A stretch of DNA of 64,000 nucleotides from an uncultured Chloroflexia bacterium. Its GTDB lineage: Bacteria; Chloroflexota; Limnocylindria; QHBO01. The stretch spans positions 137,592 to 201,591 of the forward strand of contig CAWIXR010000007.1 in assembly GCA_963840145.1 (NCBI GenBank), given 5' to 3'. Below the pieces are notes generated by a model. It ran no database searches and was not told the origin of the DNA. It saw only the letters and a program-made list of their open reading frames with translations. Numbering within the stretch: the first letter of the stretch is position 1; every line of letters begins with the position of its first letter. This document shows, one piece after another, positions 1 through 8,453 of this stretch. The position numbers and the translations under genes are program-made.

Positions 1-158
1 GGATGGCCCTGCTCCGCGAGCCGCGGGCGCCGCGCGCCGACCTGCGCTACCTGTTCGGCAGCTACCTGGCCGATGAGCGCAATGACGCCTGGCGCACCTT
101 CCTCTTCCTGGAGGCGCCGCGCGTCCTGAAGCCCGTGCCCGGGCCGCAGGCGGTCTAG
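1..158 (+). CDS. 3' end of an unidentified gene (partial, continues upstream of the window)
   Basis: The frame opening at base 3 keeps high third-position G+C until TAG 156-158 (..RADLRYLFGSYLADERNDAWRTFLFLEAPRVLKPVPGPQAV*). No motif recognised. Confidence 0.3.
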   Translation, partial: MALLREPRAPRADLRYLFGSYLADERNDAWRTFLFLEAPRVLKPVPGPQAV

Positions 159-568
159 GCCGGCGTCGTCGCGGCGGTGATCGACATCGCCTCCGCTTCC
201 TCGGAGCCCGCGGGGAAGTCCTTGACCGGTCGCACCTCCACGGCGCCCCACCGCGCGCCGGGACATGCCGCCGCGAGCTCCAGCGCCTCGTCGAGGTCCC
301 GCGCCTCGACGATGTAGAAGCCGCCCAGCGCCTCCTTGGCCTCGATGAAGGGACCATCGGTCACGACCGTCTGGCCATCCAACGCGCGAACCGTGGTGGC
401 GGTCGGGTTCGGCTGCAGCGCCTCACCGCCGAGGTACGCGCCGCGTTCCCTGAGCATCCGGGTGTAGTCGAGGTACGCCTCGGTGACCTCGGCCTCCCGC
501 TCAGGCGAAGGCGGCTCGGGCGAGGGCTGCGCCGTTGACGGACCGACGATGAGGAGTGCGTAGCGCAT
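155..568 (-). CDS. YCII-related (DGPF) domain protein
   Basis: 137-aa ORF. ..YLGGEALQP..TVVTDGPFIEAKEALGGFYIVEARDLDEALELAA.. fits the YciI/DGPF family pattern. Confidence 0.75.
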   Translation of the reverse strand: MRYALLIVGPSTAQPSPEPPSPEREAEVTEAYLDYTRMLRERGAYLGGEALQPNPTATTVRALDGQTVVTDGPFIEAKEALGGFYIVEARDLDEALELAAACPGARWGAVEVRPVKDFPAGSEEAEAMSITAATTPA

Positions 569-688
569 TGAGTCGGTACCTCCAGACGATGGCGGCGTCG
601 TTGGCCGCTCCTGTCATCAGCGACGAACGGGAGCCGGACCGATCGACATCGCCGGGGATGTCGACGGCGCGGTCCTAGTATGCGTGTC

Positions 689-2045
689 ATGCCCGCCGAG
701 CTGGTGTACCCCGTCCTGCCGGAGCGCGTCGTCCACGTGCTGCGAACTCTGGCCGGTGCCGGCCACGAGGTCGCCCTCGTCGGCGGGGTCGTGCGCGACC
801 GGCTCCTCGACCTCGCGCACACCGGCGAGTGGGACGCCGCCACGCTCCGCCCTTCCCGAGGAAATCGTCGCCCTCTTCGCCGGCGCGACCTGGGAGAACC
901 GGTTCGGGACGGTCACCATCGGTGCCGATCCGGCGGTGGAGATCACCTCGTACCGCGCCGAGGGTGCCTACCGCGACCGGCGCCGCCCCGACGAGGTCCG
1001 CTTCGGCGTCTCCCTCACCGATGACCTCGGGCGGCGCGACTTCACGATCAACGCGGTGGCCTGGCTACCGATCGACCTCGAGGCGCGGCGCGGCGCGCTG
1101 ATCGACCCGCACGGCGGGCAGTCCGATCTGGCGGCGCGGGTGCTGCGGGCCGTCGGCGACCCGGCAGAGCGCTTCGCCGAGGACGCCCTGCGCCTGATCC
1201 GCGCGGCTCGCTTCGCCGGGCGCTTCGAGCTGACGATCGCCCCGCCCACCGAGGCGGCGATCCGCGAGCTGGCACCGACCGTCGCCTCTGTCTCGGCCGA
1301 GCGGGTGCGGGACGAGCTCGTCCGCATCCTCCGCGACGATCCGACTCCATCGCGCGCGATCGGCCTACTCGAGCAGCTGGGACTCCTGCCGGTGATCCTG
1401 CCGGAGCTCGCCGCACTGCGCGGCGTGCCGCAGGCCAAGGCGGTGCCCGGCGACGCCCTCGACCACTCCCTGCGTGCCGTCGACGCCGCCCCGCCGGACG
1501 ACCCTCCGGTGCTGCGCCTGGCCGCGCTCCTCCACGACCTCGGCAAGGCCGAGACCCAGCGCGGTGGCCACTTCATCGGCCACGAGAAGGTTTCCGCCGA
1601 GCAGGCGAGCGAGGTCCTGCGCCGGCTGCGAGTGCCGCGGGCGCTCGCCGAGCGCGTCATCGGCGCCATCCGACACCACATGTACGACTACGACCCGGCC
1701 TGGACCGATGCCGCCGTGCGCCGATTCGTGCGTCGCCTCGACGGCGTCGACCGCGAGCTCCTCTTCGCCCTGCGCCGCGCCGACAACACCGCGTCCGGCG
1801 TCGGGCCCGCCGGCGACGCCAACCAGGCCGAGCTCGAGGCGCGCATCGCCGCGCAGGTCGATGCCGAGCCGGGCCTGCTCGTCGAGCGGCGGCTGGCGAT
1901 CGACGGCCACGACCTCCAGCGCGCGCTGGGCATGGCGCCGGGGCCGGAGATCGGTGCCGTCCTCGATCGGCTGACGGAGCTCGTCCTCGACGACCCGGGC
2001 CTGAACAGGCGCGACGTCCTGCTCGACCTCGCGCGCGAGCGGTGA
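689..2045 (+). CDS. cca: CCA-adding tRNA nucleotidyltransferase with HD domain; reading frame broken by one extra base near 845
   Basis: The N-terminus MPAELV..LVGGVVRDRLLD..EWDAAT is in the frame of ATG 689. From 846 the family continues in the +1 frame (SALPEEIVALF..RDFTINAVA..AALLHDLGKA..). Third-position G+C switches frame at the same point. TAGTAT 676-681 lies 7 nt before ATG 689. Confidence 0.8.
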
Positions 2046-2182
2046 CCGGACGCACCGCCGGTCTGCCGGGACCGATGCCGGCCCGGTGACGTCGGAAGGC
2101 ACGCTGCTACAATCGGCCGTCCAGACCGTGTCTGGGACGTCTTCTTCCACCGCCGACCACTGATCGGAGGGACCGCGCTCCG

Positions 2183-2875
2183 ATGACCTTGACCGGCCGA
2201 CGCCCGCTCCGGGTCGAGCACCGGCTGACGCAGCCGAACGCATCCCTTGCCGATTTGACCGCGGCGGTCGGCCTCGCCACCGAGCACGAGCTGGCTTCCC
2301 TGACCGTGAGCCCATGGCTGGTGAAGGCTGCCAAGCGATCGCTGGGTCGGTCGCGGGTGACCCTCGGCACGGTGGTCGGCTTCCCGCACGGCGGCCAGCT
2401 GCTCAGCGTCAAGGCCTTCGAGGCGTCCAAGGCCCTCGAGCAGGGCGCGACCCAGATCGACTTCGTGCTCAACAGCGGCGCGCTCGTTTCCGGCGACGAC
2501 GAGACCGTCTTCAACGACATGCTGGCGGTCGTCGACATGGCGCACTCGGCGCTCGCCGCCGCCGGCGTGATCGTCGGCTCCGACCCGCTGGGCGAGGATC
2601 TCGTGCGTCGAGCGTGCCACCTGGCCGAGCGCGCGGGCGCCGACTACGTCGTCACCGGCGCCGGCAGCGCCAGCGCGAACGCCACCGTCGCCCGCACCCG
2701 ACTGCTGCGCGACAGCGTCGGGCCGCGGATCGGGGTGAAGGCCAGCGGCCGGTTCCGCAGCCTCGACCAGCTCACCGAAGCGGTCGCCGCCGGTGCGACG
2801 CGCGTCTCCGCGCAGCTCACTCCGGCTCTCGCCCGCACGGTCACGGACGAGCCGGCCGCCGCGCTGGCCCGTTAG
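2183..2875 (+). CDS. deoC: deoxyribose-phosphate aldolase
   Basis: 230 aa. ..LGTVVGFPHGG..GATQIDFVLN..IGVKASGRF.. is the class I DeoC aldolase pattern. GGAGGG lies upstream. Confidence 0.75.
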   Translation: MTLTGRRPLRVEHRLTQPNASLADLTAAVGLATEHELASLTVSPWLVKAAKRSLGRSRVTLGTVVGFPHGGQLLSVKAFEASKALEQGATQIDFVLNSGALVSGDDETVFNDMLAVVDMAHSALAAAGVIVGSDPLGEDLVRRACHLAERAGADYVVTGAGSASANATVARTRLLRDSVGPRIGVKASGRFRSLDQLTEAVAAGATRVSAQLTPALARTVTDEPAAALAR

Positions 2876-2894
2876 GCAGAGGGGAGGGCATGGA

Positions 2895-3938
2895 TTGAAG
2901 CTTCTCGTCGTCGGCGGCGCCGGCTACGTGGGGTCGACGAGCGTCGAGCGCTTCCTCGAGCGCGGCCACGAGGTGCTCGTCTACGACAACCTGGCGAGCG
3001 GCCACGCCGCCGCAGTGCCGGATGGCGCCACGTTGGTGATCGGCGACCTCGCCGATCGGATGCAGCTGCGCCATATCCTCTCCGAGGGGGTCGACGCGGT
3101 CCTCCACTGCGCGGCGCGCTCGCTGGTCGGCGAGTCGATGGAGAACCCTGGCGCCTACTACCGCACGAACGTCGCCCACGGCGTTTCGCTGCTCGAGGCG
3201 ATGCGGGATGCCGGCGTCACCCGCCTGGTCTACAGCTCGACCGCGGCGGTGTACGGCGAGCCGCGCCGGGTCCCGATCGCCGAGGCCGACCGCACTCAGC
3301 CGATCAATCCCTACGGCGAGACGAAGCTCGCCTTCGAGGGCGCAATGCGCTGGTTCTGCGCCGCGCACGAAATGCGCGCGATCAGCCTGCGCTACTTCAA
3401 CGTCGCCGGCGCGACCGAGCGCAACGGCGAGGACCACGACCCGGAGACGCACCTGATGCCGCTGATCCTGCGCGTCGCCGCCGGCGAGGCGACGCACGTC
3501 CAGATCTACGGGCAGGACTACCCGACGCCCGACGGCACCTGCATCCGCGACTTCATCCACGTCCGCGACCTGGCCGACGGCCACCTGCTGGCGCTCGAGG
3601 CCACCGACGAGGCCGATCCGTCGCTCGAGGTCTACAACCTCGGCTCGGCGGCCGGCTTCAGCGTTCGCGAGGTCGTCGAGGCCGCGCGGCGCGTCACGGG
3701 GCGACCGGTGCCCGCACGTGCCGTCAAGCGCCGCGTCGGTGACCCGCCGGTGCTGGTGGCGTCATCGCGCCGGGCGCGACGCGAGCTCGGTTGGCACCCG
3801 ACGCACTCGACCCTGGAGCACATGCTGGCCGACGCGTGGACCTGGCGCCTGAAGTACCCGAAGGGCTATGGCGATCGCCGTGCCGGCGCCCGGACCGCGC
3901 CGCCGGCCCGCAAGCAGGTCGCGGCCAGCGCCGGCTAG
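2895..3938 (+). CDS. galE: UDP-glucose 4-epimerase
   Basis: TTG 2895 is preceded by GGGGAGGG (2881-2888). (M)KLLVVGGAGYVGS Rossmann motif, YSSTAAVYG, NPYGETK (YxxxK). The ORF-track start 2793 lies inside deoC and is unlikely. Confidence 0.85.
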   Translation: MKLLVVGGAGYVGSTSVERFLERGHEVLVYDNLASGHAAAVPDGATLVIGDLADRMQLRHILSEGVDAVLHCAARSLVGESMENPGAYYRTNVAHGVSLLEAMRDAGVTRLVYSSTAAVYGEPRRVPIAEADRTQPINPYGETKLAFEGAMRWFCAAHEMRAISLRYFNVAGATERNGEDHDPETHLMPLILRVAAGEATHVQIYGQDYPTPDGTCIRDFIHVRDLADGHLLALEATDEADPSLEVYNLGSAAGFSVREVVEAARRVTGRPVPARAVKRRVGDPPVLVASSRRARRELGWHPTHSTLEHMLADAWTWRLKYPKGYGDRRAGARTAPPARKQVAASAG

Positions 3939-4360
3939 CCGCGCCGGGCGCAGCTCGCGCAGAGCCCGTAGAAGTCGACCCGCTCGTCGTCGATCCGGAA
4001 CCCGAGGTTGGCCGCCACGCGCTCGGCGACCGGGCGGATGTATGCCTCGTCGATCTCCTCGACGCGCCCGCATCGGTCACAGGAGAGGTGATGGTGGTGC
4101 CCGGGACGGCAGGCGACGTAGCCGTAGACGTGGCCGTCCAGCTCGAGGCGACGGGCGAGGCCGGCGGCGACGAGCGCCTCGAGGGTGCGAAAGACGGTGG
4201 CGCGCCCGATGCCCGGGTCGCCCCGGTGCATCTGCTCGTACAGGTCCTGAGCCGAGACCTGGCGGCCGGCGGCGACCAGCGCATCGGCAACCGCCAGGCG
4301 CTGCCGGGTGACGCGCTCCCCGGCGTCGCGCAGCCGCTCGGCGGTCGACGCGCCGCTCAA
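3935..4360 (-). CDS. zur: Fur-family metalloregulator, probably Zur
   Basis: C-terminal part of track ORF 3935..5461: ..VTRQRLAVADAL..SAQDLY..IGRATVFRTLE..HHHHLSCDRCGRV..FYGLCASCA. TTG 4360 overlaps the TGA of the upstream ZIP gene (TTGA). Confidence 0.8.
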   Translation of the reverse strand: MSGASTAERLRDAGERVTRQRLAVADALVAAGRQVSAQDLYEQMHRGDPGIGRATVFRTLEALVAAGLARRLELDGHVYGYVACRPGHHHHLSCDRCGRVEEIDEAYIRPVAERVAANLGFRIDDERVDFYGLCASCARRG

Positions 4361-5112
4361 TGTCCACCGACCGCGGCGGCGAACATCGAGAAGCCGTAGA
4401 TCGCGACCACGCCGATCAGTGTCGCGGCCACGACCCAGCGCGATCGGTCGCTGCGGTGGGCCTCCGGCAGCAGCTCCGCCGCGCCGATGTAGAGGAAGAA
4501 GCCGGCGAAGACGGCAAGCATCCCGCCGAGGACGATGTCCGGGATCGGCAGCAGCAGTCCGACCACGACGCCGAGCACGGGAGCGAGTGCCACGAGCCCG
4601 ACCCAGCGGTAGATCTCGTCTCGCGGCGTGCGGCTGGCCAGCAGCAGGCTGACGATGCCGATGCCGTCGCTGAAGCGGTGGACGACGACCACGACCGCGA
4701 TCACCAGCCCCAGCCCGCCGCCGACGGCAAGGCCGGCGGCCAGCGCGACGCCGTCGAGGAAGCTGTGCAGGCTCATGCCGATCGCGCCGATCAGGCCGAT
4801 GTGGTGATGCTCGGCGTCGCCGTGGTCCAGCTCGGTGGCCGTCTCGTGCCCGACGTGGAGGGCGGTCAGCTTCTCGATCGCGTAGAACGCCAGGAAGCCG
4901 AGGGCGGTGAAGATCATCGCCAGGTCCAGCGACCCGCCAAGGTGCTCGACGCTCTCGGGAATCAGGTCGAAGAAGGCTGCACCGATGCGGATCCCGGCGC
5001 CGAACGCGATCACGAGCCCGACATGGCCGACCGCGCGCATCGCCAGCATCCCCCCGACGAGGGCCGAGAAAAAGGCGCTGAACGAGACGAGGACGGCGGT
5101 GAGTGGCACCAT
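4357..5112 (-). CDS. zupT: ZIP-family zinc/divalent-metal transporter (ZupT-like)
   Basis: Multi-TM ORF with a His-rich loop (HETATELDHGDAEHHH) and HSFLDGVA / HRFSDGIG motifs. Start placed at ATG 5112 (MVPLTAVLVSF.., like ZupT N-termini). The track start GTG 5136 remains possible. Confidence 0.8.
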   Translation of the reverse strand: MVPLTAVLVSFSAFFSALVGGMLAMRAVGHVGLVIAFGAGIRIGAAFFDLIPESVEHLGGSLDLAMIFTALGFLAFYAIEKLTALHVGHETATELDHGDAEHHHIGLIGAIGMSLHSFLDGVALAAGLAVGGGLGLVIAVVVVVHRFSDGIGIVSLLLASRTPRDEIYRWVGLVALAPVLGVVVGLLLPIPDIVLGGMLAVFAGFFLYIGAAELLPEAHRSDRSRWVVAATLIGVVAIYGFSMFAAAVGGH

Positions 5113-5151
5113 AACGATACTCAGTATCATCTTCACTCATGCTCCCGTCAA
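5113..5151 (-). promoter_or_regulatory. candidate zupT-zur promoter with an overlapping palindromic operator (putative Zur box)
   Basis: On the minus strand: TTGACG (5151-5146), a 17-nt spacer, GATACT (5128-5123), then 10 nt to ATG 5112. The perfect palindrome GATACT-c-AGTATC (5116-5128) covers the -10 in an otherwise GC-rich region. Confidence 0.35.
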
Positions 5152-5241
5152 GGGTCCGGGCGGCTCGCGTGGTAGCATCGAGACGTTCCAGTGCAGGCAG
5201 CGCCACCCGCGAGCGCGCCCTCAATTTCCCAGGAGTCCCGT

Positions 5242-6498
5242 TTGCCCGATACCCATACCCAGCGCGCCCGCCCGCGCCGCCGTCACGCGGCCGCAGGCCG
5301 GGACCAGGCTGCCACGGAGAAGCCGGAGGCGCCATCGGAGCTCGAGGCTGCCGCCATCGCCGCCGCAGGCGGCTATCGGTTCGGCGACATCGAGGTGCCG
5401 GCCACGATCGCGCGCGCCATCGAGTCGATGGGCTTCGTGACCCCCACCGAGGTGCAGGCACGGTCCATTCCTCCGCTGCGGCGTGGCGAGGACCTCATCG
5501 GCCAGGCGCAGACGGGCACTGGCAAGACCGCGGCCTTCGGCATCCCCATCGTCGAGAAGATCGAGCCGTCGAGCCAGCACGTCCAGGCGCTCATCCTGAC
5601 CCCGACCCGCGAGCTGTGCGTGCAGGTCGAGGATGAGATCGGCCGCATCGGCCGATTCCGGGGCGTGCGCACCGTGGCCATCTACGGCGGCTCGAGCATG
5701 GACCGCCAGATCGAGGCGCTGAAGCGCGGGGCGCAGGTGGTGGTCGGCACGCCGGGGCGGGTGCTCGACCTCATCCGGCGTCGCGAGCTGCTGCTCGACC
5801 GCGTCCACACCGTGATCCTCGACGAGGCCGATCGGATGCTCGACATGGGCTTCATCGTCGACGTCGAGACGATCCTTTCCCGCTCCCCGCGCACGCGCCA
5901 GACAGCACTGTTCAGCGCCACGATGCCGTACGCGATCCTGCGCATCTGCGATCGGTTCATGAAGCCGAACCCCGCGCACGTCACCGTCCGGCCCGACCTG
6001 CGCACCGTCGAGACCGTGCGCCAGCTCGTGTACTTCGTCGCGGAACAGGACAAGGTCGCCGCACTCGTGGAGCTCAACGAGCACTACGGCTTCGACCGGC
6101 TGCTCACCTTCCGCCACACCCAGATCGGCGTGGACCGATTGGCCGCGACGCTGAAGCGCCGCGGCAAGAACGTCGCCGCGCTCCACGGCGGCCTGTCGCA
6201 GCGCGAGCGCGACCGCACCCTGGCGGCCTTCCGCGCCGGCAAGATCCAGTTCCTCATCGCCACCAACGTCGCCAGCCGCGGGCTCGACATCACCGACCTG
6301 CCGTACGTGCTGAGCTTCGACATCCCCGAGGACGCCGACACCTACGTCCATCGCATCGGCCGCACCGGGCGCGCCGGGCGCGAGGGGACCGCGATCACCT
6401 TCGTCGGCGAGTGGGACCTCGATGCCTGGGAGGCGATCCGCGCGGAAGTCGGCGCCAACGTCGAGATCGGCGAGCTGGACCTCTACGGCCCGGGCTGA
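5242..6498 (+). CDS. DEAD-box ATP-dependent RNA helicase
   Basis: Q motif (FVTPTEVQ), AQTGTGKT, PTRELC, DEAD, SAT, ..RGLDI.., HRIGRTGRAG. TTG 5242 with AGGAG 6 nt upstream is preferred over the track start 5191. Confidence 0.9.
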   Translation: MPDTHTQRARPRRRHAAAGRDQAATEKPEAPSELEAAAIAAAGGYRFGDIEVPATIARAIESMGFVTPTEVQARSIPPLRRGEDLIGQAQTGTGKTAAFGIPIVEKIEPSSQHVQALILTPTRELCVQVEDEIGRIGRFRGVRTVAIYGGSSMDRQIEALKRGAQVVVGTPGRVLDLIRRRELLLDRVHTVILDEADRMLDMGFIVDVETILSRSPRTRQTALFSATMPYAILRICDRFMKPNPAHVTVRPDLRTVETVRQLVYFVAEQDKVAALVELNEHYGFDRLLTFRHTQIGVDRLAATLKRRGKNVAALHGGLSQRERDRTLAAFRAGKIQFLIATNVASRGLDITDLPYVLSFDIPEDADTYVHRIGRTGRAGREGTAITFVGEWDLDAWEAIRAEVGANVEIGELDLYGPG

Positions 6499-6505
6499 GT
6501 CGCCC

Positions 6506-6543
6506 TCTCCGTTGCTGTGCCGCCTGCGCAACGAACGGCGGAG
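6506..6543 (+). terminator. stem-loop downstream of the helicase gene
   Basis: ctccGTTGC..GCAACgaacggcGGAG: inverted repeats CGTTGC/GCAACG (6510-6515 / 6527-6532) flanked by CTCCG/CGGAG. No U-tract. Confidence 0.3.
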
Positions 6544-6664
6544 CAGCGTCACATTCGTGATCCAACCTCGTCGGACGTTGCGCGCGGTGCAAGGATCGGC
6601 CAAGTTGCGCGCCCGGATCGGTCCATAGTCTCCGGTTGTTGCACCCACGGATACCGAGGAGCGG

Positions 6665-7033
6665 TTGACGGGACATCTGCGGTTCGTTGCGCTGATCTCG
6701 ACCGTCGTGCTCGCCGGCTGCGCGGTGTTCGGGTCCGAGATCACCATCGACGCGCGCAACGACAGCGACGACGTGATGGTCGTGCAGGTCGTCGACGGCA
6801 ACGGTGATGCCGTTGGTCCCGCCCACCGGCTCGAGCCGCTCGAGGAGCGCACCGTCGAGCTGGCGATCCCCGGCGGCTCCTGGGACGTCGCCGTCAACGG
6901 CGCTCGGCTCCTCACCCACACCGACGCGGCTGGCCGGACGGGACGGCTGCCGGTCACGCTGATCCTGCCCGCCCCGGATGACCCGATCGGGCAGCCGTAC
7001 TGGGAGGCGCCGTCGGACTGGGCGGGCGAATGA
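6665..7033 (+). CDS. hypothetical lipoprotein
   Basis: 122 aa. Signal peptide with lipobox (..VVLAGC). High third-position G+C. Confidence 0.55.
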   Translation: MTGHLRFVALISTVVLAGCAVFGSEITIDARNDSDDVMVVQVVDGNGDAVGPAHRLEPLEERTVELAIPGGSWDVAVNGARLLTHTDAAGRTGRLPVTLILPAPDDPIGQPYWEAPSDWAGE

Positions 7034-7139
7034 GCCTGACGTTGTCACGGGGCCAACACCGGCGAACCCCGCGCCGGGCGGTGCTACCATCGGAGCCCCG
7101 AGCCGCCACCGGCCGACGCACGTTCGAGGAGGCTCCGCC

Positions 7140-8453
7140 CTGACCGCCAATCCCGCCGCAGGAATCCCATCGGCGCTGGATGCCGATGGGCTGGCCGAGG
7201 TCAGGCGCGTCGGCAACGCCGACCTGATGGTCGGCATCCCGTCCTTCGGCAACGCCGAGACGATCGGCTACGTCGTGCGCGCCAGCACGGCCGGCATGGT
7301 CCAGTACTTCCCCGAGCTGAAGCCGATCCTCGTGAACAGCGACGGCGGCTCGCCCGATGACACGCCGCGCGTCGCGGTCAGCACCGAGAGCCCGGACTAC
7401 CTCGAGAAGGTGATCCTGGTCAGCCCGAAGCACAAGCTCCAGCGCATCAGCGTCACCTACCAGGGCACGAGCGGCAAGGGCACCGCGGTGCGCGCACTGT
7501 TCGAGGTGGCGCGCGAGCTGAAGGTCAAGGCCATGGTCATGGTCGACTCGGACCTGCGCTCGATCGTGCCGGAATGGGTGGAGCTGCTGGCCGGGCCGAT
7601 CCTCAAGGGCGGCTACGACTTCGTGGCGCCGATGTACGCGCGCTACAAGTACGACGGCACGATCACGAACAACATCAGCTATCCGCTGACCCGCGCGCTG
7701 TACGGGGCGCGCATCCGCCAGCCGATCGGCGGCGACTTCGCGGTCTCCGGCGACCTCGTCGCGCGCTACCTGGAGCTCGACACCTTCGACGACCTCGCCG
7801 CGCGCTTCGGGATCGACATCTGGATGACGCACTCGGCGATCAACGAGGGCTTCGCCGTCTGCCAGGCACGCCTCGGCGCGAAGATCCACGACGCCAAGGA
7901 CCCCGCCAGCGACCTCGGCCCGATGTTCCGCCAGGTCGTCGGGACCCTCTTCAAGCTGGCCGGCCACTACGAGGACCGATGGCTCCGCGTGAAGGGCTCG
8001 CACCCGATCCCGGAGTACGGCTTCGAGCGCGTGGTGGCCCCTGAGGAGATCAAGGTCAACCACGCCAAGCTGGTCGACAACCTCGAGCAGGCCAGGCTGG
8101 CCCAACAGGAGGTGTGGACCGAGATGCTTGCCCCGGAGCAGCTCGAGCGCGTCAACGGCCTCGACATCGGCGGCGACCCGGCCGACTTCCGCTTCAGCTC
8201 CGACCTCTGGATCCGCTGCCTCTACGACAGCCTCGTCGCCTTCAACCGGCCCGGGACCGATCGTGAGCGGCTGCTGGCCGGCCTCACCCCGCTCTACTTC
8301 GGGCGCACCGCCGGCTTCATCAGCGACACGCTCGAGCTGACCACCGACCAGGCGGAGCGGGTCATCGACGATCAGGCGCGCCAGTTCGAGGAGCTCAAGC
8401 CCTACCTCGTCGCCCGCTGGCAGGCGGCGCGAGCGACCGGGGCCGGCAGCTGA
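7140..8453 (+). CDS. GT-A fold glycosyltransferase (specificity unknown), coupled to gpgS
   Basis: ..ADLMVGIPSFGNAETIGYVV..NSDGGSPDDT..GKGTAVRAL..MVDSDLR.. No canonical start precedes the conserved N-terminus. CTG 7140 lies 7 nt after GAGGAGG (7126-7132); ATG 7226 is the alternative. The stop shares a base with the next ATG. Confidence 0.6.
   Translation: MTANPAAGIPSALDADGLAEVRRVGNADLMVGIPSFGNAETIGYVVRASTAGMVQYFPELKPILVNSDGGSPDDTPRVAVSTESPDYLEKVILVSPKHKLQRISVTYQGTSGKGTAVRALFEVARELKVKAMVMVDSDLRSIVPEWVELLAGPILKGGYDFVAPMYARYKYDGTITNNISYPLTRALYGARIRQPIGGDFAVSGDLVARYLELDTFDDLAARFGIDIWMTHSAINEGFAVCQARLGAKIHDAKDPASDLGPMFRQVVGTLFKLAGHYEDRWLRVKGSHPIPEYGFERVVAPEEIKVNHAKLVDNLEQARLAQQEVWTEMLAPEQLERVNGLDIGGDPADFRFSSDLWIRCLYDSLVAFNRPGTDRERLLAGLTPLYFGRTAGFISDTLELTTDQAERVIDDQARQFEELKPYLVARWQAARATGAGS

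Noticed and set aside
3935-5461. 508-aa ORF that would be a single large gene spanning zur and zupT.
   Set aside because: Only the last 141 codons (the Fur-family sequence) are meaningful. Upstream it runs out of frame across the ZIP transporter gene and gives Arg/Pro-rich nonsense.
5221-6957. Very long antisense or out-of-frame ORFs in the track. Examples: 1365..2315(-), 5221..6957(-), 8402..10333(-), 38890..41811(+), 49250..51454(-), 53437..56205(-), 58066..60213(-), 60244..61908(-).
   Set aside because: Stop codons are rare in all six frames at this G+C content. These ORFs translate to Arg/Ala/Gly/Pro-rich low-complexity strings. They lack third-position G+C bias and lie opposite or out of frame to genes with clear family motifs.
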